A stretch of 64,000 nt of DNA. Source: Nitrospirota bacterium. Its GTDB lineage: Bacteria; Nitrospirota; Thermodesulfovibrionia; Thermodesulfovibrionales; JdFR-86. The notes under the pieces were generated by a model. The model saw only the letters and a program-made list of their open reading frames with translations, ran no database searches and had not been told where the DNA came from. The DNA lies in NCBI GenBank assembly GCA_963721805.1, contig CAVRJY010000004.1:288516-352515 (forward strand), given 5' to 3'. The first letter of the stretch is position 1. Each line of letters opens with the position of its first letter. Position numbers and translations under genes: made by a program. Positions 49,349 to 58,878 of this stretch are shown here, one piece after another.

Positions 49349-50470
49349 ATGCCGACACTGTTTGAGCGCACGGCGATAAACGGGATGAGCCTGGCCAACC
49401 GGTTTGTGAGGTCGGCGACGTGGGAAGGTCTCGCGACAGAGGATGGCACCGCGACCGCCGCCCTGACGGACAAGATGGTGGAGCTGGCAAAGGGCGGCGT
49501 TGGATTGATCATCACGAGCTATGCGTACGTCCGGCGTGACGGGCAGTCCAGCCCCCGCCAGATAGCGGTCTATGATGACCGTTTCGTCCCCGGCCTCTCG
49601 CTTATGGTCAAGGAAGTGCATGCCGCCGGGGGCAGGATCGCGCTTCAGCTGGTCCACGGCGGTGCGTATTCGAGCGCGGGATTGACCGGGATGGAGTTGA
49701 TCGGCCCATCTGAGGTCGTGACAGGCGGCAAGGTCACGTGCCGGGCCATGGATCAAAACGACATCACCGGGATCGTCGCCGCGTTTGTGGAGGCTTCCAT
49801 GCGCGCAAGGAAGGCCGGGTTTGATGGCGTGCAGATCCATGCCGCACACGGGTTCCTGCTCAGCCAGTTTCTGTCTCCGGCCTTAAATCGGCGGACGGAT
49901 GAATATGGCGGCAGCCTTGAGAATCGTGCCCGGCTCCTGCTGGAGGTCGTGCGGGGCGTGCGTCAGGAGGTGGGCCGCGATTATGCGGTCCTTGTAAAAC
50001 TGAACTCCGAGGATTTCTTAGAGGGCGGCCTGACGCGTGCCGAGGCGGTTGAGGTCGCGCTCATGCTCGAGCAGGCATCCGTAGACGCCATTGAGTATTC
50101 CGGCGGGACGGTGGCCTCAGCCGAAAAGCACCAGCCCCCCCGCCCCGGAGCGCTGAAATCCGCGGACAACGAGGTCTATTACCTTGATGCTGCAAGGGCA
50201 TACAAACAGAGATTAAAAATCCCGCTGCTGCTGGTTGGCGGCATACGGTCCTATGACGTAGCGGACGGGCTGGTATCCGGCGGCATGACGGACTATGTAT
50301 CTCTCGCCCGGCCGTTGATCAGCGAGCCGGGCCTGATCAGGCGCTGGCAAGCCGGCGACCGGCGAAAGGCGCAGTGCATCTCCTGCAACGCCTGCTTTGG
50401 CCCGCCAAGTGAGGGTAAGGGGTTCTACTGTGTGACGAAGGCAAAGAAACATTCAGTAGCTCCGTCGTAA
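49349..50470 (+). CDS. NADH:flavin oxidoreductase (old yellow enzyme family)
   Basis: NRFVRSAT, GFDGVQIHAAHGFLLSQFLSP..NRRTDEYGGS and CISCNAC motifs. Confidence 0.94.
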   Translation: MPTLFERTAINGMSLANRFVRSATWEGLATEDGTATAALTDKMVELAKGGVGLIITSYAYVRRDGQSSPRQIAVYDDRFVPGLSLMVKEVHAAGGRIALQLVHGGAYSSAGLTGMELIGPSEVVTGGKVTCRAMDQNDITGIVAAFVEASMRARKAGFDGVQIHAAHGFLLSQFLSPALNRRTDEYGGSLENRARLLLEVVRGVRQEVGRDYAVLVKLNSEDFLEGGLTRAEAVEVALMLEQASVDAIEYSGGTVASAEKHQPPRPGALKSADNEVYYLDAARAYKQRLKIPLLLVGGIRSYDVADGLVSGGMTDYVSLARPLISEPGLIRRWQAGDRRKAQCISCNACFGPPSEGKGFYCVTKAKKHSVAPS

Positions 50471-50478
50471 CCTTTAGG

Positions 50479-50706
50479 AAAGCGCGCCAAATCGCTTGAT
50501 ACTTCGTTGGGCTTCAAAGACTCGCCCTCTATGTACATCCAAGTACACCATCGGGCGGTCTTCTCGCCCTGCCTTGTCTGAAGACGATTTGGGCGCGCTT
50601 TCGGGGGGAAAGAATAACGAAGCCCCCCGCGCCCCCAAGGTCAACGGCATTGATTAGAAATGAGAGGCGCTTGGCGCCGCGAATAGGGGCCGGGGGCGCT
50701 GCCCCC
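50479..50706 (-). repeat. Family R1 copy E (50479-50657) abutting an R2 unit (50657-50706)
   Basis: Near-identical to copy B, followed by GAGAGGCGC...CGCGAATAGG and GGGGCGCTGCCCC. Confidence 0.9.
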
Positions 50707-50740
50707 TTGACATTGGTGGAGGGGGTGATATGATTGGAGA

Positions 50741-51097
50741 ATGAAGGTCCTCATCGTTGACGACGAATATTTCATCTGCCAGTTGTGCAAGGAAGAACTC
50801 GAAGACGAAGGCTACGAGGTCGTGCTCGCCCATGACGGCGACGAGGCCATCGCAATGGTCGAGAGCGAGCACCCTGACCTCGTGGCCCTGGACATCAAGA
50901 TGCGCTACGAGGGCGAGGGCGTCCACGCCCTGAGGCAGATCAAGCAGGCGCATCCCAACCTTCCGGTCATAATGGTCACCGCATACGACGACTTCAAGGA
51001 CGACCTCTCGATCTGGGCCGCGGACGCCTACGTCATCAAGTCCTCCGACCTTACCGAACTCAAAAAGACCATCGCCAAGTTCATCGGCCACCCTTAG
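50741..51097 (+). CDS. Single-domain response regulator
   Basis: IVDDE, LDIKM and VTAY motifs. Confidence 0.92.
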   Translation: MKVLIVDDEYFICQLCKEELEDEGYEVVLAHDGDEAIAMVESEHPDLVALDIKMRYEGEGVHALRQIKQAHPNLPVIMVTAYDDFKDDLSIWAADAYVIKSSDLTELKKTIAKFIGHP

Positions 51098-51103
51098 AAG
51101 GGG

Positions 51104-51455
51104 AAAGCGCGCCAAATCGCTTGATACGTCGTCATCGTTTGAAAATATCCCTCCAGAGTACATCTCGGTACACTTGCGGGCTATTTTCAAACGCTTCCTA
51201 GTCTGAAGCTGATTTCGCGCACTTTCAGTGCATCCCATGCGTAAGCGTAAACTCTAAATAACCCCTCCAATCATGCCGTTGACCTTGTGGGGCGCGGGGG
51301 ACGGGGCCGACTGGCCCCCTTTCTCTCCCCGCAAAGCGCGCCCAAATCGTCTTCAGACAATCCACTGCGAGAAGACCGCCCGATGGTGTACTGTGACGTA
51401 CATGGAGGGCGAGTCTTTGATGCCCAACGCAGTATCAAGCGATTTGGCGCGCTTT
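51104..51455. repeat. Two oppositely oriented R1 elements: F (51104-51225, minus, divergent) and G (51265-51455, plus)
   Basis: Both have the AAAGCGCG...GTAC..GTAC...CGCTTT core; G has the CTCCAATCATGCCGTTGACC end and an internal GGGGCCGACTGGCCCC. Confidence 0.88.
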
Positions 51456-51539
51456 GAAGAAAGCGACTGATGCCGCCTAAGCCCCCGGTATGTTAAAATT
51501 GATATTTATAATTTCTCTACCTAAGGATGGTGATTTGAG

Positions 51540-52559
<1,020 letters not shown>

Positions 52560-52568
52560 AGCCGCACG

Positions 52569-53132
52569 ATGAAGCCCTTGCGCCCGCTGGCCGGCCTTGC
52601 GCTATTGCTGCTGCTGGCCGCCTGCGGCGCGCCACGCTACATGGTCAACCAGGAGCCGCGGCCCGCTATCGCGCCCAAGGCCGACCGCGCCCAGCTCGTC
52701 GTGATCAGAGACAGCTCACTCTGCTTCTTCATCACGGTCGATGAGTACCTCGACGCCCGCATGGTCGGCCAGACAAGGGGGAAGTCCTTCTTCGTCGCGG
52801 ACGTCGAGCCCGGCGAGCGGTACGTCACCGCACGCGGCACGGATACAGATACCATTGCGCTGAACTTCGAGCCAGGGGCGGTCTACTTCGTAGAACTGCA
52901 CATGTACCCCGGCGGGTTCGTGAGCTTGAGCCCGATGGACACGAATAAGGCGCTCAAGGCGGTCTCGAAGAATACTTATAGGACATATAAGGGAGGCGGG
53001 GCCGAGATGTCTGCGGAGGACTTCAGGGCGACGGTCGGGAAGTTCGAGCGCAAGGTCCACGCGCGGCCGGACAAGTACAGGTATCTGATGGAGTACGAAG
53101 GGGGCCGGGGTCGACCGCCCCCTTCTCCTTAA
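52569..53132 (+). CDS. Lipoprotein (DUF2846-like)
   Basis: LAAC lipobox; VG.TRGKSFF..DVEPG and G.VYFV motifs. Confidence 0.7.
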   Translation: MKPLRPLAGLALLLLLAACGAPRYMVNQEPRPAIAPKADRAQLVVIRDSSLCFFITVDEYLDARMVGQTRGKSFFVADVEPGERYVTARGTDTDTIALNFEPGAVYFVELHMYPGGFVSLSPMDTNKALKAVSKNTYRTYKGGGAEMSAEDFRATVGKFERKVHARPDKYRYLMEYEGGRGRPPPSP

Positions 53133-53159
53133 GGGCTCCGCCCCTTAAAAAGCCTTCTG

Positions 53160-53210
53160 GAGTGAGAGGCGCTTTAGCGCCGCGAATAGGAAACGGGGCC
53201 AGTCGGCCCC
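53160..53210 (-). repeat. R2 repeat at the left breakpoint of the tandem duplication
   Basis: GTGAGAGGCGC...CGCGAATAGG...GGGGCCAGTCGGCCCC. Confidence 0.8.
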
Positions 53211-53231
53211 TGCCCCCTTGCGCGTTACTGT

Positions 53232-54152
53232 TTATGGTGTCGCTAAAAAGCCATGCCAGCCGCTGGCATTGCTGAACGATCCCACGATGTTGCTGCCGTC
53301 TGTCCCGGCGGCATATGTGCCACCTGTCGCATCCGGGGCGTCAAGGGTCTGCCATGAGCTGTCGGTGGTGTTGTATATAAAGCCATGTTCACCGCCCGCA
53401 TCGTAGAATCCACCCACGATGAGGCCGCCGTTTATCCCATAGGGAAATGTGCCGTCTGTCGCATCCGGGGCGTCAAGGGTCGTCCACGAGCTGTCGCCGG
53501 TGTTATAAATAAACCCATGATAAGTAACGTTATCGTAGAAATACCCCACGATGAGGCCGCCGGATATCCCCTCGGCAGATGTTCCACCTGTCACGTCCGG
53601 ATCGTCAATAGTGGTCCACGAGCTGTCGTTGGTGTTGTATATAAAGCCATGCGCACCGACGGCATCGTCAAACTCTCCGACAATGAGGCCGCCGTTTATC
53701 CCATTAGTAAATGTTTGACTTGTCGCATCCGGATCGTCAAGGGCCGTCCACGAGCTGTCGCCGGTGTTGTATATAAAGCCATGTCCATGGGAGCTGCCGT
53801 CGTAGTACCCTCCCACGATTAAGCCGCCATCCACAGCGTTGAACCATGTGCCATCTGGTGCATCCGGATTGTCCAAGGTAGTCCACGAGCTGTCGCCGGT
53901 GTTGTAAATAAAGCCATGATAAGTAACGTCATCGTAGAAATATCCCACGATGAGGTCGCCGCTTATCCCATTAGTATATGTGTCGCCTGTCGCATCCGGA
54001 TCGTCCAAAGTAGTCCATGTGAACTTAAGCCCGCCGCCGCCGCCGCCATCGCCGTTGCTATCGCTATCGCTACCGCTACCGCAGCCCATAAGGGCGAGGC
54101 AAAGCGTTAAAATAATGGATGCAATGGCTGCGACAGTCTTGTGTCTGTTCAT
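53232..54152 (-). CDS. Lipoprotein with six ~43-aa repeats (predicted beta-propeller), copy 1
   Basis: LMGC lipobox, Gly/Ser linker, WTTLDDPDAT...GI.G..IVG...HGFIY repeats. Confidence 0.85.
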   Translation of the reverse strand: MNRHKTVAAIASIILTLCLALMGCGSGSDSDSNGDGGGGGGLKFTWTTLDDPDATGDTYTNGISGDLIVGYFYDDVTYHGFIYNTGDSSWTTLDNPDAPDGTWFNAVDGGLIVGGYYDGSSHGHGFIYNTGDSSWTALDDPDATSQTFTNGINGGLIVGEFDDAVGAHGFIYNTNDSSWTTIDDPDVTGGTSAEGISGGLIVGYFYDNVTYHGFIYNTGDSSWTTLDAPDATDGTFPYGINGGLIVGGFYDAGGEHGFIYNTTDSSWQTLDAPDATGGTYAAGTDGSNIVGSFSNASGWHGFLATP

Positions 54153-54212
54153 GTATGAAGCCTCCTTAAAGGCTAATAGTCAGGTGTCAGATATTTGAAA
54201 AATCCTACCGTT

Positions 54213-54241
54213 AATATATATCCGTTCCCCCTTAAAGTCAA
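54213..54241 (-). promoter_or_regulatory. Sigma-70 promoter of lipoprotein copy 1
   Basis: TTGACT-N17-TATATT; the duplicate at 55429-55457 reads TTGACT-N17-TATAGT. Confidence 0.7.
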
Positions 54242-54304
54242 TAGAAGGCTCGGAAAAATAACCGGGCAGTTAAGTGCGATAACAAACCTTCCGGCAAATC
54301 CCTA

Positions 54305-54336
54305 CCCTGCCGTGTGAAGGCAGTGCTCTCCCGCTG
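54305..54336 (-). pseudogene. tRNA-Val(CAC)-like fragment (D-loop plus anticodon arm)
   Basis: Reverse complement CAGCGGGAGAGCA-CTGCC-TTCACAC-GGCAG-GG; no T-arm or acceptor stem. Confidence 0.6.
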
Positions 54337-54359
54337 TCAGATGTGCGTGAGGGGATTAG

Positions 54360-54415
54360 TGAAGCGAATAGGTGAGCGGCGGCAGCGCGAATAGGAAACG
54401 GGGCCAGTCGGCCCC
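54360..54415 (-). repeat. R2 repeat at the junction of the two duplicated units
   Basis: GAAGCGAATAGGTGAGCG...CGCGAATAGG...GGGGCCAGTCGGCCCC. Confidence 0.8.
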
Positions 54416-54438
54416 GCTGCCCCCTTGCGCGTTACTGT

Positions 54439-55368
54439 TTATGGTGTCGCTAAAAAGCCATGATACGTGTTGTCGTCAGTGTGGTAATATCCTACTATGC
54501 TGCTGCCGTCTGTCCCCAAAGGATATGTGCTGCCTGTCATATCCGGATCGTCAATGGTCTGCCATGAGCTGTCGGCGGTGTTATATATAAAGCCATGATC
54601 ATGGCCGCCACCTGTGAAATATCCCACGACAAGGCCGCCGTTTATCCCAATGGCATCCGTGTCGCCTGTCGCATCCGGGGCGTCAAGGGTCTGCCAAGAG
54701 CTGTCGCCGGTGTTGTATATAAAGCCATGACCACCGCCTGCATCGTAGAATGTGCCCGCGACGAGGCCGCCGGATATGGCATTGGCATATGTGCCGTCTG
54801 TTGCATCCGGGTCGTCTATAGTAGTCCACGAACTGTCGTTGGTGTTGTATATAAAGCCATGACTGCCGGCGGCATCGTAGAATGTGCCCGCGATGAGGCC
54901 GCCGGATATCCCCTCGACCTCTGTGCCATCTGTTGCATCCGGATCGTCCAAGGTAGTCCACGAGCTGTCGCCGGTGTTGTATATAAAGCCATGACCACCG
55001 CCTGCATCGTAAAATGCACCCACGACTAGGCCGCCGTTTATCCCATTAGGATATGTGTCGCCTGTCGCATCCGGATCGTCCAAAGTAGTCCACGAGCTGT
55101 CGCCGGTGTTGTAAATAAAGCCATGAGCACCGCCGTTCTCGTCGAAATATCCCACGATGAGACCGCCGTTTATCGCACTGGCATTTGTGCCATCTGTCGC
55201 ATCCGGATCGTCCAAAGTAGTCCATGTGAACTTAAGCCCGCCGCCGCCGCCGTTGCCGTTGCCGTTGCCATTGCTATCGCTATCGCTACCGCTGCCGCAG
55301 CCCATAAGGGCGAGGCAAAGCGTTAAAATAATGGATGCAATGGCTGCGACAGTCTTGTGTCTGTTCAT
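54439..55368 (-). CDS. Lipoprotein with six ~43-aa repeats, copy 2
   Basis: Signal peptide identical to copy 1; repeats diverge at loop positions. Confidence 0.85.
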   Translation of the reverse strand: MNRHKTVAAIASIILTLCLALMGCGSGSDSDSNGNGNGNGGGGGLKFTWTTLDDPDATDGTNASAINGGLIVGYFDENGGAHGFIYNTGDSSWTTLDDPDATGDTYPNGINGGLVVGAFYDAGGGHGFIYNTGDSSWTTLDDPDATDGTEVEGISGGLIAGTFYDAAGSHGFIYNTNDSSWTTIDDPDATDGTYANAISGGLVAGTFYDAGGGHGFIYNTGDSSWQTLDAPDATGDTDAIGINGGLVVGYFTGGGHDHGFIYNTADSSWQTIDDPDMTGSTYPLGTDGSSIVGYYHTDDNTYHGFLATP

Positions 55369-55520
55369 ATATGAAGCCCCCTTAAAGGCTAATAGTCAGG
55401 TATATGCTATTTGAAAATTCTACAAGTAACTATATATCCGTCCCCCCTTAAAGTCAATAGAAGGCTCGGAAAAATAACCGGGCAGTTAAGTGCGATAACA
55501 AACCTTCCGGCAAATCCCTA

Positions 55521-55552
55521 CCCTGCCGTGTGAAGGCAGCGCTCTCGCGCTG
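55521..55552 (-). pseudogene. tRNA-Val(CAC)-like fragment, second copy
   Basis: Reverse complement CAGCGCGAGAGCG-CTGCC-TTCACAC-GGCAG-GG. Confidence 0.55.
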
Positions 55553-55569
55553 TTCAGGTGTGCGTGAGG

Positions 55570-55620
55570 GGATGAGCGAAGCGAATAGGTGAGGGGTGCC
55601 GGCAGGCACCGCGAATATTA
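55570..55620 (-). repeat. R2 repeat at the right breakpoint of the tandem duplication
   Basis: GAGCGAAGCGAATAGGTGAG...CCGCGAATA. Confidence 0.75.
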
Positions 55621-55636
55621 CGCGGAGGGCCGAGCC

Positions 55637-56083
55637 CTAGGCGGGGGTCATGCGTTTGCGGTGGACGCTCTGGGCGAGGTACACGACGCAGTCCTCGCAG
55701 AGCTTTCCGCTTTCCTGGGCGCAGATGCGGCGGTTGAGTTCCCAGCAGGCCTTCGTGCGGTCGATGAAGGCCGAGCACTTCTGGCGCTTCTCCTCGGCGC
55801 AGCCGGTGATCTCCCAGCACGGGGCGTAGTCCAGGAGCTTCTTGATCCCCTCGATGCTGATCTTCTTTTCGTGTATGATCTCGCGGATGCAGCGTATCCA
55901 CTTGACGTCGTTTTCGGTGTAGTAGCGGTTCTTGTTGCGGCGCGCCGGGGTGATCAGGCCGTGCTTTTCGTATAGCCTGAGCGTCTGGTCGGTCGTGCCG
56001 ACGAGCTCGGCCACTATCCCGATGGGATAGAGCGGCAGGTCCTTTTTGTTCGTATCCGGGAGTTCTTTATTAAGTTTGGTCAT
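55637..56083 (-). CDS. MerR/HspR-like regulator with C-terminal Cys-rich (two CW motifs) domain
   Basis: YPIGIVAEL...QTLRLYEK.GLI.P.R HTH; CWE..C...C...CWE...C...CEDC. Confidence 0.85.
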   Translation of the reverse strand: MTKLNKELPDTNKKDLPLYPIGIVAELVGTTDQTLRLYEKHGLITPARRNKNRYYTENDVKWIRCIREIIHEKKISIEGIKKLLDYAPCWEITGCAEEKRQKCSAFIDRTKACWELNRRICAQESGKLCEDCVVYLAQSVHRKRMTPA

Positions 56084-56132
56084 ATCGCCTACTAATTACA
56101 GTTATTAAACCTTTTTAACTCAAAAAAAGCAA

Positions 56133-56182
56133 GGGGGGCCGACTGGCCCCTTCCACTATTCGCGTGGGCGAGGCCCCGCTCA
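56133..56182 (+). repeat. R2 repeat
   Basis: GGGGCCGACTGGCCCC...TATTCGCG...CCGCTCA. Confidence 0.8.
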
Positions 56183-56255
56183 ATTCGATATGGAGGCGCC
56201 TGAGGCCCGCTTCAACAGCGGGCCTCGGGGGTTACGATAGCGTGAATCCAGCAGG

Positions 56256-56336
56256 CTATTTCAGGGATTTCGGCTGTTTGTCCTTCTTATCCCTCTGGTC
56301 TTTCACGTTTTTGTTTTGCTTTTGTTTCTGGCCCAT
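56256..56336 (-). CDS. Small basic protein, 26 aa (MGQKQKQNKNVKDQRDKKDKQPKSLK)
   Basis: AGAGGTG RBS; paralog of 57466..57579. Confidence 0.5.
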   Translation of the reverse strand: MGQKQKQNKNVKDQRDKKDKQPKSLK

Positions 56337-56494
56337 CGCGCACCTCTGATCGAATTCATAGCTGCCTTCGATCATTGCATCACTCCGCGGGAGGATCCGC
56401 CGGTCAAAATGCGCCCCCGGCGCTCCGGAGGACAGCCGTGCTGTCGCCGGGTCGCACCGGGGGCGTAAAACCCGCAGTTACCTGCGGCGCTGTC

Positions 56495-57109
56495 CTATCT
56501 CCCGTAGTCGCCCTGTCTGTTCTCTTGTTGTCTGGGGTTGGAGCGTTGACGCTGCTGCTCCTTCTGGATCTCGGGCCGCTGCCTGTATTGCTGTTCCCTT
56601 TGCTGTCTCATCTGCTGCCTCTGCTGTTGCGGCTGGGGATGGTAGCCCCTGACGCCCCAAGTGCCTTGTCTTTCCCAATGCCGGCTGCCCTGCCAGCTTC
56701 GCCAGTTCTGCCTTAGCCGGCTGTTGGGGATGCGCTGGTAGTCCCAGCGGTGGCCGTCCCAATCATGGTGCCTATAGTACCCCCTCCAGCCGGGGTCGAC
56801 ATCGAAATAGAAATCCGGGATGCCGCTGTAATAACCCCAGCCCCGGTTGTAATAGGGCGAGCGGTACCAGCGGCCGTCCCAGAGCCGCCACCAGAAACCA
56901 TTCCAGAAAAACAGGTCCACGTCGATATCGGGGGCGACGTAGACGTTGTCCGTATCGGGCAGCGCTATCACGGCGGGCGGCGCGGGGAACATGATCGGCG
57001 GCGGCAGCGGCAGCCCGATGCCGATACTGATCTGTGCCCTTGCCATAGTTGGCATGGATACGGCCATCGCCAACGCTAAGAGGAATGTTATTAAAGACAG
57101 CTTTTTCAT
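56495..57109 (-). CDS. Secreted Pro/Trp/Tyr-rich protein with Gln/Arg tail, copy 1
   Basis: Signal peptide; PPP..F.APP and FFWNG.WWR.WDGRWYRS motifs; AAAGGAG RBS. Confidence 0.8.
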   Translation of the reverse strand: MKKLSLITFLLALAMAVSMPTMARAQISIGIGLPLPPPIMFPAPPAVIALPDTDNVYVAPDIDVDLFFWNGFWWRLWDGRWYRSPYYNRGWGYYSGIPDFYFDVDPGWRGYYRHHDWDGHRWDYQRIPNSRLRQNWRSWQGSRHWERQGTWGVRGYHPQPQQQRQQMRQQREQQYRQRPEIQKEQQRQRSNPRQQENRQGDYGR

Positions 57110-57465
57110 CCTATCGTCTCCTTTCTCTTTGGGGGGCCTGATGGTCCCTTGGCTCCAAGCCTGATCCGCATGAGTTGTACCTCTATAATTGAAAGTCTAT
57201 CACACAATATCGCGGGGGCCAATTGATTATCAGCTCTTCATTGGCATTGACATTCAGACCGGGGATTTAAGCGGCATACCGTTAGGCAATACTTTGATAA
57301 TCAAGAATAAATTGTGGCGGGTGAGGCGAGGCTCAGACGACGCGGCAGGGGGCCGCTTATGGCGCGGCCATTACCGCAGACCGCTCCTTTGGCGTTCCTC
57401 ATATGGTGCTCGAAGGCTGCTGGATCAGCAGAGTTCTGATTAACTCTTCGGCTGAATCCCGTTGC

Positions 57466-57579
57466 CTATTTAATCGATTTTGGCTGTTTGTCTTTCTTGT
57501 CTTTCAGGTCTTTTGTCTGTTTGCTTGACTTCTGTTTCTGGCCCTTCTCTTTGTCCTTCTTGCCGCCCTTGTCGCCCAT
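57466..57579 (-). CDS. Small Lys-rich protein, 37 aa (MGDKGGKKDKEKGQKQKSSKQTKDLKDKKDKQPKSIK)
   Basis: GGGAGG RBS, ATG...TAG, TGGTACAAT extended -10 upstream; conserved paralog at 56256. Confidence 0.65.
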   Translation of the reverse strand: MGDKGGKKDKEKGQKQKSSKQTKDLKDKKDKQPKSIK

Positions 57580-57742
57580 AGCTCGCCTCCCGTCTTAGTT
57601 CTAGCTGCTCCCAATCATTGTACCACTTCGAGAGAAAGAGGATTCGAAAGACGAAGACACCCCCGATACGCGCCTGAGACAGGATGCCTGTCTCCGGCGC
57701 GTACCGGGGGTGCCAAACGGGCCATGACCCTAGTGCGCTATC

Positions 57743-58681
57743 CTATCGTGGCTGTTCGTCCTGTTTGCCCCCATCCTGCTTGTCTTTCTGCTGCTTGTCT
57801 TTCTGCTGCTTGTCTTTCTGCTGCTTGTCTTTCTGCTGCTTGTCTTTCTGCTGCTTGTCTTGCTGCTGCTTGCCTTGAGGCTGCTTGCCCTGCTGCTGCT
57901 TGCCTTGAGGCTGCTTGCCCTGAGGCTGCTTACCCTGCTGCTGCTGCTGCTGCTGAATCTCATGCTGCTGTTTCGGCTGCTGAACCTGAGGCTGCTGCTT
58001 CGGCTGCTGTACCTCATGCTGCTGTCTTGGCTGCTGCACCTGCGGCTGTTTCGGCTGCTGAACCTGAGGCTGCTGCTCGCGCCTTGGCTGCTGCGTCTGA
58101 GGCTGTTTCGGCTGCTGAGTCTCATGCTGCTGTTTCTGGACATCAGGCCTCTGCTTATACTGCTGTTCCCTCTGCTGTCTCAGCTCCTGCCTCTGCTGTT
58201 TCGGCCTGGGCTGATAGCCCTGGACACCCCACGTCCCTTGTCTTTCCCAATGCCGGTCTCTCTGCCAGCTCTTCCAGTTCTGCTGCAGCTGTCTTTGGGG
58301 GATCGGCCGGTAATCCCACCGGTGGCCGTACCAGTCGTGGTTTCTGTAGTACCCTCTCCAGCCCGGGTCCACATCGAAATAAAAGGTCGGGATACCGCTG
58401 TAATAGCCCCATCCCCGGTTGTAATAGGGTGAGCGGTACCAGCGGCCGTCCCAGAGCCGCCACCAATAACCATTCCAGAAAAACAGGTCCACGTCGATAT
58501 CGGGGGCGACGTAGACGTTATCCGAATCAGGCAGCACTATCACGGACGGCGGTGCGCCAAAGACGATGGGCGGCGGCAGCGGCAGGCCGATGCTGATGTT
58601 GATCTGTGCCCTCGCAATCGTTGGCATGGATACCGCCATTGCCAACGCGAAAAGCATTGTTATTAAAAACAGCTTCTTCAT
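57743..58681 (-). CDS. Secreted Pro/Trp/Tyr-rich protein, copy 2, with expanded Gln-rich repeat tail
   Basis: Closely similar to 56495..57109; perfect 15-bp repeat x5 (KQQKD) at 57781-57855. Confidence 0.8.
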   Translation of the reverse strand: MKKLFLITMLFALAMAVSMPTIARAQINISIGLPLPPPIVFGAPPSVIVLPDSDNVYVAPDIDVDLFFWNGYWWRLWDGRWYRSPYYNRGWGYYSGIPTFYFDVDPGWRGYYRNHDWYGHRWDYRPIPQRQLQQNWKSWQRDRHWERQGTWGVQGYQPRPKQQRQELRQQREQQYKQRPDVQKQQHETQQPKQPQTQQPRREQQPQVQQPKQPQVQQPRQQHEVQQPKQQPQVQQPKQQHEIQQQQQQQGKQPQGKQPQGKQQQGKQPQGKQQQDKQQKDKQQKDKQQKDKQQKDKQQKDKQDGGKQDEQPR

Positions 58682-58878
58682 TTTTTGTCTCCTTTCCTTA
58701 CGGGGTGCTGAGGGTTCCGGGTCTATACGCCTAATCCATATGAGCGTTATCCTCTATAATTGGGAGTCTATCACACAATATTGAAGAGCGGAAGCGGGCA
58801 CAGGGGCGGCCGCCCCCTTGACATATATCGGGCCGCGAGCGATGATAAGCGATCATATCCGGGGAGGGCTGCGACAGC

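Noticed and set aside
54260..54360. Intact tRNA or riboswitch upstream of the lipoproteins
   Set aside because: There is no T-loop (GTTC), acceptor stem or CCA, and the segment lies upstream of the predicted promoter. Kept only as a fragment.
53232..55368. Diversity-generating retroelement behind the variable lipoproteins
   Set aside because: There is no reverse transcriptase in the window, and the differences are not evidently adenine-specific and include indels.
56100..56132. HAIR operator upstream of the HspR-like gene
   Set aside because: Only one half-site (TTGAGT) matches and the second arm is too degenerate.
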